A stretch of 60,451 nucleotides of DNA, counting the filler, from Platydemus manokwari (lineage: Eukaryota), in the NCBI GenBank assembly GCA_037951405.1. It is 5 parts of 5 records of this genome, joined end to end, with 100 filler letters (N's around TTAATTAATTAA, not from the genome) between each part and the next. Parts side by side here need not be neighbours in the genome. Positions count along the whole stretch, not along the records: positions 1 to 14,470 come from JBBMOY011453642.1; 4 more parts are not named here. One strand, 5' to 3'. Position 1 is the first letter of the stretch. Each line of letters begins with the position of its first letter. The notes under the pieces were generated by a model. It did not search any database and had not been told where the DNA came from. It saw only the letters and a list, made by a program, of their open reading frames with translations. The position numbers were made by a program, and so were the translations under genes. Of this stretch, positions 1 through 13,745 are shown piece after piece.

Positions 1-43
<43 letters not shown>

Positions 44-97
44 GTTATTATTATTATTATTATTATTATTGTTATTGTTATTGTTATTATTATTATT
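1..97. repeat. (TTA/TTG)n trinucleotide microsatellite
   Basis: About 32 near-perfect TTA/TTG units read directly. This explains the spurious poly-Leu ORF 42..230. Confidence 0.95.
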
Positions 98-349
98 CTT
101 GATTTTTCATTATTTTTACATTCAAACTCACCTAAAGATTACCATAATAGAACATTCATTCACCATTCAACAGTTTCATATCGTTGTATCCCTCATAAGA
201 CAAATAACAATTTTTAAAGGTTTCTCTTAATGTTTTATGCATTTTAACAATTGATACCAGATTTATACAAAATATTAATTTATTTGAATGGTTGTAATTA
301 AATATAATTCTAAGTCCTGACTTTTTAGTTCGTTTTAAAAGCGTGCTTA

Positions 350-730
350 TATATTATAAGGGTGGCTTACAATTATTATAAGATTTTTCAACATTTATTT
401 GACATGGTCTTTATTTCGAATGTATATATTTTACACAAGAAAGATGATAGTAAGTTGCATTGATAAATTTCATTTTCTCGTCGAAATTGTCGAAATATAT
501 GGAGATGGACAGTAGTCGTCATCGACTAGGATAAAGTGCTCTTCTTTGGCAGTACAATCCATATAAACTTATTGAGAAATATTTTGCGGGTTATGTATTA
601 CTCAACTTTTCAAGAGCTAACGTAACCGGGAGATGCAAATTGTGTCTTTAAAAAGTATTAGGAGCGAATCGAGATTCTGGTGTCTCTAATGTTCCTTATG
701 TATGTCACTTTGCCACTTTAAAAAATCAAT
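350..730 (+). mobile_element. piggyBac transposase 3' remnant (degenerate)
   Basis: From 362 the frame reads VAYNYYKIFQHLFDMVFISNVYILH, resembling the piggyBac motif WY.KIF.HLLD...N.YIL. Downstream, across a frameshift, GRCKLC..IRSESRFWCL*CSLCMSLCHF resembles the piggyBac C-terminal Cys-rich domain. Confidence 0.7.
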
Positions 731-1310
731 AAATTTAATACAATTTTTATTTTATTTCACGAGATTTGATGACATTACTTATTACTACAAAAATTCTTAA
801 TGTGAAACGAGTTTCACATAATTTTATTATCCGATTAATAGTTTAATATACTCTAATAGAAAAATCTAATCACCTTTTAAGTTAGATAATTATTGATTAA
901 TTTTAAAGTCACCTAATTTAATATCATTAAATATTTTTTTGAATTTAATTTCTTAATTTTTTTTAAAAACATTTTAACAAAATTTTATTAGCTGGTTAGA
1001 ATATCACTGTGTTTGTCAGCTGCTGCTGCCTTTAATGTTTTTCCATTGAAGAAAATTGTTTTTTCATCCAAAAATATTGTACCACAATATTCCAACAATT
1101 TATAAATTTTTTTTGATATTTGAATAGGAAAAGTTTTCATTTAAATCGAGATTAATATTATCACTAAATGTATTGCTCCCAAACACTTTCACACTCTGAA
1201 CGTTGACTTTGAGATATATAAACATTTCATTATCGGATTTCATGGCTTCATTAATTGTTGCGATTTGTTCCCCGTTACTTCACTTTGATTTCTTAATATT
1301 ATCATTATAT

Positions 1311-1445
1311 CTGTAAACCGCTACTATTTTATAAAGCATGCATTAAATATGAACTGAAAAGTCACAACACTAAATTAATATTTTCTAAACATAATATCTG
1401 ATTTTAAAATATTAAAAATTTTGATTCATTTTAAAATCCTCACAG
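1311..1445. repeat. Dispersed ~150-180 bp repeat, copy 1 (others at ~2715-2873, ~3100-3262, ~12485-12620)
   Basis: All four copies share the ordered motifs tttATAA(G)..GCATT..AA.T...AA.(G/T)C.CA.CA...AAT.ATATTT...AAAT(C/T)CTCAC in the same orientation. Confidence 0.7.
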
Positions 1446-2211
1446 TACCCATTAGTATTATCCATTCTTTTCATATTTTGGCTTGTATACATTATTCGAT
1501 TGTCAAATTCAATTTTTTTCTTTGTATTTCTGATAGTATCATTTAGGTTTTCCTAAATTTTTATGACATTGATTTGTGTACCATTTATCGCGTCTGGTGA
1601 CCTTTGGACAATTTCTCGATACGGGATCCTTTTCATTTCACGTGAACCAAATTGCAAATTTGAAGATATTGCGATTTCTGAAAATATGTCTCGTTTAATG
1701 GCGATTGTAACTTGTTTTGTTTTCTCTTCTGTTTGATTTTCTTTCTAATTTTATTGTGTTGGCATTTTTGACATCTCGAATTTCATCTATTTTTTAACCG
1801 TAAATTTTATTTCATTCAATATTTTCATGACTGACATTTCAATTTCTTTATTTAAACCCCCCAATTATTCTCTGATAAATACATATTGCATAATATCGTC
1901 AACAATCAACAAATCATAATTTATGGATATAAAGTACATATTTTACATATTTCAGTGGGTTTTATCAATATTTTTATGCGAACATTTACAGATAAAGTGC
2001 AAAAGAATTCAATATTATTATAAAATAGATCGTCTATTGAATATACTTATTACATTTACGAGGGTTAATATAAAATGTAATGCAAATTATCGATTAATAT
2101 GTATAATAGGTTATCTTATATTATTCATGAAGACAGTTGATTTATAAAAATTATAGCTCTTTTCAAGTGGTATTTTTTGATTGAAATAATTTTTTGGTAT
2201 TTTTATAATAG

Positions 2212-5200
2212 TGAAAGCGGTGGGCGAACCTTATTCAGATTCATGGTGCGAGATGCAGGGTTGGAAAATGAGCAAAGTCTCTTGTCTGAGACGATCCCAA
2301 CTTGGATTATGGATATCGTTACAGGGGTAAAACGTTTTCGAAATATTCTATTATATTTGATGTCCAATTTCAGATTTCAACCCCGAAATATGTCAAAATA
2401 CCTTTCTTTTTACTTCCAGACCCGAAAGATCCAAATATGAAAAGCCTAAAGAAGTATGTTTGTTGAACTTTAAATGTATTTTAGAGAAATATCAAATTTA
2501 AATGGTAGAAATCACAAGCAAATACTATGCATAGCTCATTTATTTTATTTATATTAAATTAAAAATTAGCTTTTCATAAAGTGTCCTGGAACACACGGAA
2601 AGTAGTTCAAATTCACAAATCAGCGATTCAATAACCCTAATTTATTTGAAATTAAAATCACAGAATGTGTTCTGGTTATGTAATGACGAAGTCCTAAGCC
2701 GAAATATTGATTAATGACGGTCAGCCTCTCATATTTCATAAGACGGCATTCGAAGCTAATTGGAAAGTCACGACACCAAATTATATTTTGATTAAAATTA
2801 TTCAAACCAACAAATATTTTATAAAAATCTGATTTTAAAATTTTTCAAATTTTAATTTATTATAAATCCTCACGTTTCCTTTCTTCCAAATCTTTGATTT
2901 CCTCTGAATTTTTTACCTGTGTAAAAATTTCTATTTCTTCTCTACTTTATATAATATCGATATCTTTTTAATTCTTCACTTTTTCTTCTCAATATATTCT
3001 ATACAATTTTGCTTTATCTTAAATGTTTTCTATGTCTTCCTCTTTTTCTTCTATATTTACATGACCTAGATATTCTCAGAATCGAATCGAAATACGTGGT
3101 CGCCAAGTAAGTCGCTCTTATTTTATAAAGAAGGCATTTGAAGCTGACTAAAATGCCGCAACATAAAATTATATTTTCAGTACAATTATTCAAACAAATC
3201 AATATTTTATAAAAATCCGATTAAAAATTTTTTCACATTTCAATTCATTATAAATTCTCACAATGACGAATAAATAACTGCAAAGATGTGGAATTCTGTC
3301 TGAAATCGTACTATTATATAGCAGGCCCACTTTTTAACTGCACTTTTTGATTTTTAATTTTAGTTAGCAATTGCTATCTAAGCAAATATAAAGATACCAA
3401 TATACTGTCCTAGTACATAATCCATAATTTTGTTTTATAATCATATGAGGGCTATATGTTATAAGCATGTACTATATCGATATTATTGATATATTTTGAT
3501 TTCAAAACATTGGGTGTAAAGAGCAACTTCGTATTGTTTACTAAATTAAAAAAGCGCTGAGTTCTCTCTTTTTGTGTTAGAGACATTCTACCAGACTTCG
3601 CGTTAAAAGTTACAATTTCTATGGTTAACCCAGGAATTAGTTCCAAATTTGGTATAAACGGAATTATTTAAAAATCAATAACTCCAAAACATCAATTCCC
3701 AAACTGTTAAAACCCCACAGAATTGATTTTATTTATTTCCAAATGCTTGACATGATTTATTTAATGATAAATATTTGTTTACAGGGGTTGTTAAATCAAA
3801 CTTGGCAAAATGTGAGTTTTCTATTCTTGATTTGTTGTTTTTTCTTTAATTAGAATCGATTGGATTTAAGTTCGAAAAGTATAAAAAACATACTTGAAAA
3901 TTATTTTGCACCGGGAATATAATTTTGAAAATCAATTCATCGACTGATGACACACTTGATTAATTTTGTTAACGATGTTTGAAGCGGTCAATATCTTCTC
4001 TAATACGATTCTTGTGAACTACTTTGGAAAATTTTGATCATCTCTATTCATCTTCTAATTTAATAGCTTTATATTCACTACGCGGGATACAACGTGGCAA
4101 TGAGCAAAAAATTTCTAAATGTTGAGAATGAATTAGATGCACGCACTTATACATGAAACATCCATATGCAAATAATGAATAAGATTCGAAATTATTTTAA
4201 AATTGCCTTATAAAGAATGTACCAGTTGCGTTTAGAATTCAAAAATCATAAAAATTTACCATATATTTAAAACAATGACAAACAACTTGGTATAAAAATG
4301 GTAGCTTAAAATCAAAATTTTCACTGTGGATTCTCATTATTTAATATAAAATATACTGTGCGATTCATAAGTCTGTCTCTAAACTATAATATATACTCAT
4401 ATTTATACTCATTGATATTAATTATTATTCACTGATTAATGTACTTTATTCCTTATTTCTTATTAGTCAGATGCATTATTACAATATAACGGAAGCAGCT
4501 AGTGAAGCTGAATTTTTGCTTGCGGATAGTGTGTTAATAATTAGCCATGTAATAGTGTACCAAAGCAGTACCAAAGCTTGCCAAGAATTTCAACAACATT
4601 TTAATTCTGCACCAATAGCTAGCACAACATTGCAATACTGGCAACAGAAGTTTGAAGAAACTGGAAACATATCCACTAAGTTGCGACCAGGAACACCGTC
4701 TGATGAAATCATGAATGAAAAGATGGTAAATTTGTGAGAGGATGATGGCACAAATCAACGAGAAACTGCACAGGAATTTATGATTTCATAAAAGTTTGTT
4801 GACAGTTATCTCAATGAAGAAAAAATATAACCTTTCAAATATTCTTTTTTAATTTTATTTTAGAGGCGGAGACTTATAAATCTCACGATATATTATGTGT
4901 ATATAACTACACTTATTGTCGTTCATTTTGTATAACTTTGAAATTTAGTTATTTTGACAATTGGCGTACCATATCAGAGCACCATGAAAATACTTCAAAA
5001 ATATTAGCATATGTAATAATAGATCTTTCAATTCCCATATTTATTTTCATATTACATAATTCTCAGATATTTACATCAATTTGTAAATATAAATTGACTT
5101 AAGTTATCGATTTCTAATTTTCAAAATTATGAATTTGTTATAATCTTGATATTTTATTATTTTATTCAATATCATCATGATAAGCATGCTCCTCAATATC

Positions 5201-5791
5201 ATTGTACTAAAGATAATTATGTAAATGTTATTGTTAGATATTCTGAAATTGATACTCAAATATTTATCAGTATTCGTTTTGTATTAACAAATCCATTTTC
5301 AAATTGAGTTGATTTTATTAGAAATATTATTATTTTTTGTCTGAATAACTTGAAGTGTTTAGAGATAGACTATCAGCCAATGATGTGCTTTTAATCAGAA
5401 AGGTTATCGAACATGTTTACGATCGCATTTCATCTGAAAGTATCACAATGAATAGTACTACCTCTCCTAACAACCAAACGACAATTCCAGGACCATTATC
5501 TGCAGGCAATTGACACAATAAATTTAGCATAATTTTAATAAGTATATTAATTAAGGCGGTACTTTACCTAAGCGTAATGGTGCCAATAATGAGAATTCGT
5601 CTCAAAACGATTCAAATAAACCAAGCGGTTCACAAGTGTCGACAGAAATATCCAATCCAGAAGATTATATTGAAATTATTTGTGGTGATCAAGTTTTACC
5701 ACCGAACATAGATTTGAGAACGGCACGACATTTCTATTGGAAGCAAGGTGGTGAATTAACTCTGAATTATCGCATAATAAAGGCATTGTAA
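2212..5791 (+). CDS. WDR48: WD repeat-containing protein 48 / UAF1, last four coding exons (5' part not found in this window)
   Basis: Exons 2212-2326 ([38 protein letters not shown]), 2374-2453 ([19 protein letters not shown]), 5363-5505 ([19 protein letters not shown]) and 5556-5791 ([38 protein letters not shown]). Phases are consistent and the peptides match the recalled WDR48 C-terminus ([61 protein letters not shown]). AATAAA at 5815. Confidence 0.93.
4354..4890 (+). mobile_element. Internally deleted Tc1/mariner-type DNA transposon in a WDR48 intron
   Basis: Imperfect ~30-bp TIRs (TACTGTGCGATTCATAAGTCTGTCTCTAAA at ~4354 and TTTAGAGGCGGAGACTTATAAATCTCACGATA at ~4859), TA-flanked. ORF 4471-4737 contains the HTH-like segment [34 protein letters not shown] (DUF4817-like). 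Confidence 0.8.
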
Positions 5792-6090
5792 ACATGCTAT
5801 TGTCTAGTCGTGTAAATAAATGTTATTTTATAAAATATTGTGCACAGAATTTCCGTTTCAAAGACTTTGTTAACACGGTGGAAAACACAGATGTTTCCTT
5901 ACTGATAACTTAAATTTGAAAGAATATCATGGTCGAACAACGAAGGATAAATCATGTTATAAAGGGTCACGATAAAGTTTGACTTTTCCACATCAAAATA
6001 CAGTGGAAAAATACATTTATTCAAATATATTGACTGAATTCTTATATAAATCCATTGATAAGGGACTCTATATTTTATAAATTTAGTAAT

Positions 6091-6560
6091 TTATTTTCTA
6101 ATTGTTGGTTTCGTAGCGAAAACTAACAACTCTAATTGCCCACTCATGCAGATCATATCGAAGAGTGCGTAGAAATAGAATTTTAAAATATTATCACAAG
6201 AAATGAGAGTGGAAGACATTGCACCTCGCAACATTCGACATTTGTGATAGCATGGAAAATAAAAGGACCCAAAGATTTTATATGAGGTCATTTCATCGTA
6301 TATCGTTTTCATGAGTAGATTCTGCTGCTTTTCTGAGATAATGTCTGTCCAATAATTTAAATTTTGTTGATTCAAAAACGCTCAGTGTGATATGTGCTTT
6401 ATTCCTGAATTATTAAGGAGAATATTTTAATGAAAATCAGGTCAATCTTCGAACATCTTATCCAAATTTTTCATACCGAATATCACGATCTTCGATGGAA
6501 GGAAATTGACTGTAGTGTGGCTTTCAAGTACACCGTTATTGAAAAGAGAGATCACTTTCC
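6091..6560 (-). pseudogene. Degenerate LRR-like coding relic
   Basis: One frame runs ~155 codons with 3 internal stops and includes MFED*PDFH*NILLNNSGIKHISH*AFLNQQNLNYW, an LRR-like LxxLxLxxNxIxxIxxxAF pattern. Confidence 0.35.
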
Positions 6561-7125
6561 CTTATTATTATTATTGAGCTATTATTAAATATTTATTTCA
6601 GTGTTTGCACAGCGTCTGTCTCATAAAACGATCATCAATTTCGAATCCTGTCACAATATGTTCTCCTGTAATATTGTCATTTATCATCTTTACACTTCTT
6701 TAGAGATAGACGCACGTGCTTCTTTATAAATGGTTCGAAATTCAAACAAATAACTACATTGTCTGTTTCAAAGTCATCTATTCATTTTATTGAGCATTTT
6801 TGCAATTTTATTAATCCTATTCTATATTTTAATCAATAATTAGATTTATAAAATGAATTCACTTATTCATCCAGGGAAATTTACACATGGTTTTGTGGAA
6901 TTTGAATAGAATTATGTAATAGCAGAAACGAAACATCAATTTGGTGTATAATATCATAATCAATCCTGTTAGTGGATCTTAAAACAATTCAAATGATAAA
7001 TAGTAAATAAAACGGATACAGTTATGAAGCAGAAATATCAAATAAAGATGCAATTACTTCTAATAGTTATTCTAAAAATAACTATTTCTAAGAAAATGAA
7101 ATGTTTTAGTGGATAAAAAATTGAA

Positions 7126-8078
7126 TCATTTCAAACGATATGATCCACCATTATGATTGTAAAGATGACATTGGCTTCTCAATTTCATTTTAAATGAAAT
7201 ACAGTTAGAATTGAGAAAACAATCCTTGCCACATTCGATATGAGAGATATTCTCAATAATTTGCATTGCAGTTATATTTTCGTAATTGAGATTGATTTCA
7301 TAGAATGTAACTAAGAACACAATGTAAATCGAAATACAGATAAACAGTATTTACATATCGAAGGATTTAACGTCACATGTAGCGTTTCGAATATATCGAC
7401 TTCACAAAAATTAATTGATTCTGCCTCAGGCGACTTAAATATAACTATAGTCCTGGCAATCTAAATATCTTTATTATAAAAGTTTGGAATGAACTTGGAG
7501 TAATTCTTTACAATATCGGACAGGGTGATATTGACTATGGTTTCAGGTGATATCTCATTACCGTGATAATAACCGACTTTGAAGAACTTGGGTGAATGTT
7601 CAACAAACTTAGTTTGAACCTCCAAACTGGCATAAAATGATAGAAAGCTCGTCCTATTAGCTTAAGTATATCGATAAAATTAATAATATAAAATTTTAAT
7701 CAAACAAACCACAGCAATCGGTTCTAGCATAAATGCGAATCAATGAAATATCAGAAATATTTTGCAGTACAACCAGCCACCATTTATCGAAATAACCATG
7801 ATAACTATGATAACAAGAATCTAAAAATAAGTTATAGCAAACGATAATACTGTTTAATGTCTCACTAGCATCTAAATTGCCATTGTAATTACCATCAACA
7901 GCATTTGAATGAGACAAATTAATTAAACCATGCTGGTAAACATTTGAAGCAAATGTAGGTTGATTCCTGGATAGGAGTTTACCTAAATATAGAAGTATAT
8001 CAAAAGACAAAAATAATTCAAATAACCAATTTCGGCAGGATTTATAAGACCAATAAGCAATAATTTCAAAATAAGCAT
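7126..8078 (-). CDS. Secreted F-type lectin (fucolectin/FTP) + PAN/Apple domain protein
   Basis: Exons 8078-8027 (signal-like MLILKLLLIGLINPAEIG), 7982-7866 (LSRNQPTFAS..SNAVDGNY), 7820-7710 (SCYHSYHG..WWLVVL..IRIYARTDCC), 7660-7355 (ANR...INFCEVDIF) and 7310-7126 (ECGKDCFLNSNCISF..CHLY, PAN). Introns are 44-49 nt GT-AG. An in-frame TAG at ~7461-7463 is removable by a 51-nt GT-AG intron. Confidence 0.8.
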
Positions 8079-8699
8079 TTCAAAATAAGAGAAAACCATC
8101 AATAAGTGCATTATATTCAGAAAGAAAAGATATTTTCTTAACAAACCAATCATAGTAATTTAACAGAACAATAATAATACTTCACATTAATTTCTAAACG
8201 CAGCCTTAAAATTTTAAAAATAGAATTATTGAGAAGTAATAATTGGTGCATATTAATGCTTTTTCCTAAAATGTTAATGGTAAATAAAAAAGAATATTAT
8301 ATGGGAAAGGAATAAAAATTACATTAATATTGATCATTTTTAAATCGTGGAAGTGTAAAACAAATTTAATGAATGGTCGCCTGTCTATTGTCGATGATTG
8401 ATTTGTAGAATTAGAAATAGAAAAGTAGAAATGAAAAAGTAAATCGAACTCGTAAAAATAATATTTTTCACTTAACCATAACCATTCAAATTTTTTTCTA
8501 GAAAATTGATTCAGATATATTGGTATGTTCTAATCCACTCAATCAATTTTTCCACTTGATAAAGATAGCGACCAATTGGTAAGCTGTTTCCTTTACGCTT
8601 AAGCTTTTATTAGGTCGAAACATCGATATTACAATCGGCACTTACTATTTTTTGGTTTACAATTTATAAAATTGATAATCAATACTGGTTATCTAGCCA

Positions 8700-11600
8700 T
8701 GATCTCTTCAGTTTAAGTTGTTATAATTATTTATAATTATAATTTAGCTCATAATTATATAAAGCCATACATTAAACTGATTTGAAGAAAAAAACTTTTC
8801 ATAGGCTGTTAAAAATCAATGAAAATTGCAACAGCTCAAATTGAATAACAACCGTAATGAAAGTAATAAATGTGATAAAGTAGACAATTTCTATTCAATA
8901 CTTTTAAAGATTTCTTATTAGATGTCTAACAATAAAATACTAAATTGATATTTTACACATTTCAAGAAGTCTAATAGTTTTATCAACAACATTTGAATAT
9001 CGAAATTAAAGAATGACAGACATATTTGTTGTCAAATCAGACTCAAATGAATAACTTGAAATCATACAAGCTGAATAATATAATTCTATTTGTTCATTTA
9101 GGAACAATAAATCTTTAAAAAATTCTACTTTAAACAATAACCAAAAATATTCTTAAACAAACATTTGAGTTTCTTTGGTTAATATTTATCTAAACTAATG
9201 GAAAATTATTTGAGTGGAATTAAAAGCAAATACTTCGATTTTTACACAGGTTATCATTGTATCATCAAATAATTGAAAAAATAAATTGATTTGTATGCAA
9301 TGAATTTTAGTTTTACTCATTTTCTAGCACTTGAAATTAAATCAACTATTATCAGTTAATTAATTTATTTATACTTTAGATTATGTTTTTCATAAAATTC
9401 AAATATTTATTAATACAATCCAAAACTATTGATTATCTACATAAAAAGGATAATATTGTTCTGGTTGTTCAATATTTCAAATGATGATCTTCAAAATTTT
9501 TCAATTATTGAATATTTTTCTGATAAACTATTATTGCTTATTGATTTTATATTTAGAAAGTTTAGATATTGGTATCCAGGTGGTATTTATGTATTTAAAC
9601 AAAATCTGGTTGGTAAGCTGCAACATTCTAAATTAAATTAACTTTTTCAATAACTTGTAAAAATTGAACATAAAATTCTTATTTATTAAAAAATTTATAA
9701 TATGAACAAAAATTTGAAAGTAATTTGATATTAATTCACAATGTTGAATAACCAAGTCAAGATAGCAAGAGACAAACAAATACATTTCATTTTCTCAACT
9801 GGGTTCCACTGGCTTGGATTAGAAATAGGCACTGTTTTCAACGGAATTTATATATGGAAGATTGTGTGTAATACTTGATTTGACTTTAATAAAATATTCA
9901 GCATTTCGTTATTCTAATTGCATTTATCGATTTATCATGTCCAGTATTGATTAATCTATGTGTAAGTGTCTTTTTGTGATTATACATTTTGCCAAATTGA
10001 AATCATTGTTATATTTTTTATGATTAGTTAAGTATCATGCCTGTACCACTGTGCATGTATGTAAGATGTCAAAACAAAAGTTCTAAGACTTGTTGATTCC
10101 ATGAAAATCTTCAATATTAAATATCAAGAAATCAAAAATTTTAATTTTTTCCAAAAATAATTAACTTATCACAAATAAATATTATGCTGAAAAAATTAAG
10201 TCCACTTACTTATATAAGTTTTCGGATAATGACTGTTGATGGTGAAAAGGCATACTTTATGAGTATTTGATTAGATTTACAGTACACAGTTTCCCAATAC
10301 TTATAAGCAACAATTCAATATTTAGAAAAATTACAATAAGGAGTTTTAAAGCTTCTGTCAAATACTTCAGAATGAAATGCTGTTATTTTGAATAAAACAG
10401 GATTGAATTAAATGATTATAATATCATGATAGCTGAGAAAGTACGATGGTTCTTTAAAAATATTTTTCATTCGAATGTAATAAATTTATATGGATATCCA
10501 CGGTTTTATTTGAATAATATATGTAAAATTTTAAAGTGGTTGGAAAAATATGTTGAGCTAAACCAGTATTAATTATAGCAAAATGGATAGTAACATTTTC
10601 TCGGAAATCTTTTCTAAGGAAAAAAGGAAAACCTTTTAGTTTGAATTAGAAAATCTCTGTGTTATTAATTAGATGAATGGAAAAAAATCATCAATTTGTA
10701 GACTCCTTGTTCAACATGAAATCGCTTGAAACTTGTACAACTATTATCAACACAATATTAATATCATAAATATCTTCTTTGAAATCATAAGTTTCAATTA
10801 AGCAGTTGTTTTTATAATTTAAATTGTTTTAAAATAGATGCTTTGGATTCATATTTTGTTAAATATTAATGTTGGATTAATGTTGTAATCCAGAATGAAT
10901 AAGTTTCCTAAAAATGACAGATAAAAAATGAGATTTGTTTTAATATTAAAAACGCGTGTGATTTTGAAATAGAATAAAATAAATTATAGATTTATAGGTT
11001 CACGATGTCTCAAATGCCTATACAGAATGCAAACACATTAATTTTCAAAGTGTAGGCATAATGTAAGAAGTAAATCTTTTAAAAAATATATTTTAGAAAA
11101 TACAAGTCACATTGTACATATTGTGAAGTAATATCAATTTAAAAGTTCTGGAATCTTGAAAACCTTCAAATATGGAATCCTAAACATGAAAAATTGTGTA
11201 GGTAGTCGTAAAATATCTCACAGCAGAAATCTATTATAAACACAATATAATGGCCATTCAACCAAGGATCAAATGATCTCTCATTTCTTAAACAATAAAT
11301 ATTTCGAAATTTTTTGAAAAACTATCCTGTTGCATTTACCTGATTATTTACTGAATTTGCGCTTGCAATTGACTTTCCAATTAGTGTTTCAAATATTTTT
11401 AATGGTCAAGTTCGCACGTTTAATCTAATTTAAGCAAGACACTAACAATCAGAAATAAAATAATAATTCATTGCGCAAGTAATCCCATTGGGACCTTATT
11501 GTCTAGCTGTAATACACAAAATGAGGACAATTTAGAGAATATCATCTGAAATATATCATCTTTTTAGAGTGATAATTATTTTAGATCAAGCCACATTAAC

Positions 11601-12070
11601 GAAATAACCTAATATTTATAAATAATATAAATTCTATAGGCATAAAACAATTGCAAAAAATCAGGCATTATCAACAAACAAATACCAAAGTCCATCTGAT
11701 TAATAAATTCGCAAAATAATTATGGGACCAAATTATCAAATCGGTTGTCATAGTGCTCTTCACGAAACCAATTTAAATAATTTTCCTTCCACCATATTTC
11801 ATGAACACGAATAAGGAACTGACACACAAAGAACTTTTATAAGCACATTCACGAGAAGAAATACGCATCTGAAATGAGCAAATATTATTTGATTTTATAA
11901 AATGTTTAATTATAATTGTTATATTAATTCTGTATATATCTCTAAAGTGACCCAGAAGGATAACATTTATCATTCGTTTAAATAAATGTTACACAAATTG
12001 GATATTCAAATGTTTCTAACATTTTTAGTTTTACTAGTTGTTGGTATTATTTGCAATTATAATGCATAGA
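8700..12070 (+). pseudogene. Heavily degenerate LRR-containing (possibly LRR-Ig-TM) receptor relic
   Basis: Scattered broken-frame fragments: NLAHNYIK (~8740), SNNKI (~8925), LNNNQ (~9130), LMENYLSGIKSKYF (~9195), Cys cluster SCLYHCAC (~10035), Ig-strand-like LYISKVTQKD (~11930) and hydrophobic FLTFLVLLVVGII (~12013). Many stops and frameshifts. Confidence 0.35.
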
Positions 12071-13134
12071 ATTAATTATTATTAACTACTTGAAAGGTAA
12101 ATTAGTTATTTAAAGTATTTTATAATAAGTGTGATAAGCCCGGAATTCATAAAAAATTTAAATACATACTTAATAAATATTAATAATTGTAAACAAAACC
12201 CAACCCAACGAAATGCAACTACTTAAGAATTAAATAAATAACCCCTTGTGCCAATAAAACAATAAATAAACATCGATTAAGTGATTGATAAGAATGAAAT
12301 GAAGCACAGTAATCAGAAAAAATTAAAAAAAATATAAAATAGACACATCAATTGATTTTTCTAAAATATATAGAACAAATAATATTTAATTATATAATCA
12401 TATTCGATTTAAATAACATATATTAATAATCAGATTTGAAGTGCATATAAATTATTATTTTTATTTAACAGCAAAATTATGCATGTAAGCTACTACATTT
12501 TTTATAAGGCGCGCATTGAAAACTAAATGAAAAGCCACAGCACAACATCAAATATTTAACTTGAATTATTTAAATAATAATTTATAAATTCTTTTAAATC
12601 TACATTTCAAAATCCTCACTATAATTATGCCTTTATTGATTAATTTGTCACGTAAAGTTAGAGTATTTTAAACATCAAATAAGTCATGATAAATTGTTCG
12701 CTGTTAATTATGGATAAATAATCTATGATAAGTGTATTGCATTATGATGCTTAAATTTTCAATTAAAATATTAATTTACACATTTTCATCAGATGTGCTA
12801 TTTAGGCCAGTGATTTGTGTTTGGATTCCTAATATAAATCAAAGTTAGTTATTACGTTAAAAGATGTACTTAATAATTTGGTACAAAGAAACCTTTATGT
12901 ACACCAGTGTAACATATAATTAAAACAATTAATAATTTTACAGATCCATAAAATCAATTTAGATAAAGATAAAATTGTTTGATAAATAGAAAATGAAATG
13001 AATATAATTATGAAGCCAAAAAATTAAAAATATACACAATCAATTCATTACACCCCTAATCGGTGTTGTAAATAAATCGATTGGAAATTTCTCGAAAAAT
13101 AAATTGTTACTGTAGACATTACATTTAATTTTTT

Positions 13135-13745
13135 AAATGATATTATCCACAAGCATTGCTGTAAAGGTCACAATTGGCATAAAATTTCATTGAAAATGAA
13201 ACACAATCCAAATTAAGAAAGAAACTCTTACTACATTATAGATGAGATATATTTTCAATGATTTCACTGTAGTTTTTTTGTATTTAAGAGAAATTTTATT
13301 GAATGTAACCAAAGAAATCATGTGCATCAAATTAAACATAAACAATATTTATTTGACTTCAAATATATAGTTTCGTATATCGACTTCAAAAATATTAATT
13401 GATTCTGCTTTATGTGACCAAGATGTAACTTTCACCCTATCATTTTAAATACATTGAGTAATGAAACTGGTGTAATTTTTCAAAATTTCAGACAAAGTTA
13501 TGCTGATGATGATTTCTGGTAATGGTTTGTTACCACGAAATAATAAAAATTTTGAAGAACTTAGATGAATTCGATAGATATATACTGTGATATTCCAAAG
13601 CGGTATTAAATGGTAATCAGGTAACCTGTAAGCTTAAACATTACGATGAGTTTAGAAATATAAAACTGAAATGAACAAATTACAGTGAACGGTTCTAGCA
13701 TAAATTCGAGTCATTAAAATATTATAAATATTTGTCGACATAATT
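13135..13745 (-). pseudogene. Pseudogene paralog of the F-type lectin-PAN gene
   Basis: Collinear with 7126-7760: RIYART, SKFFK, AESINIFEVDI, IIENISHL*CSKSFFLNLDCVSFSM..CDLY. Several stops and frameshifts. The 5' part is not recognisable. Confidence 0.8.

Noticed and set aside
42-230. Poly-Leu ORF (likewise poly-Ile/Asn ORFs at 54284-54755 and 56136-56366)
   Set aside because: Translations of microsatellite or low-complexity DNA.
6600-6820. Minus-strand frame with several TGA codons at Trp-plausible positions, suggesting an alternative genetic code
   Set aside because: Neighbouring genes use TGG for Trp and TGA as stop. Pseudogene decay or chance is simpler.
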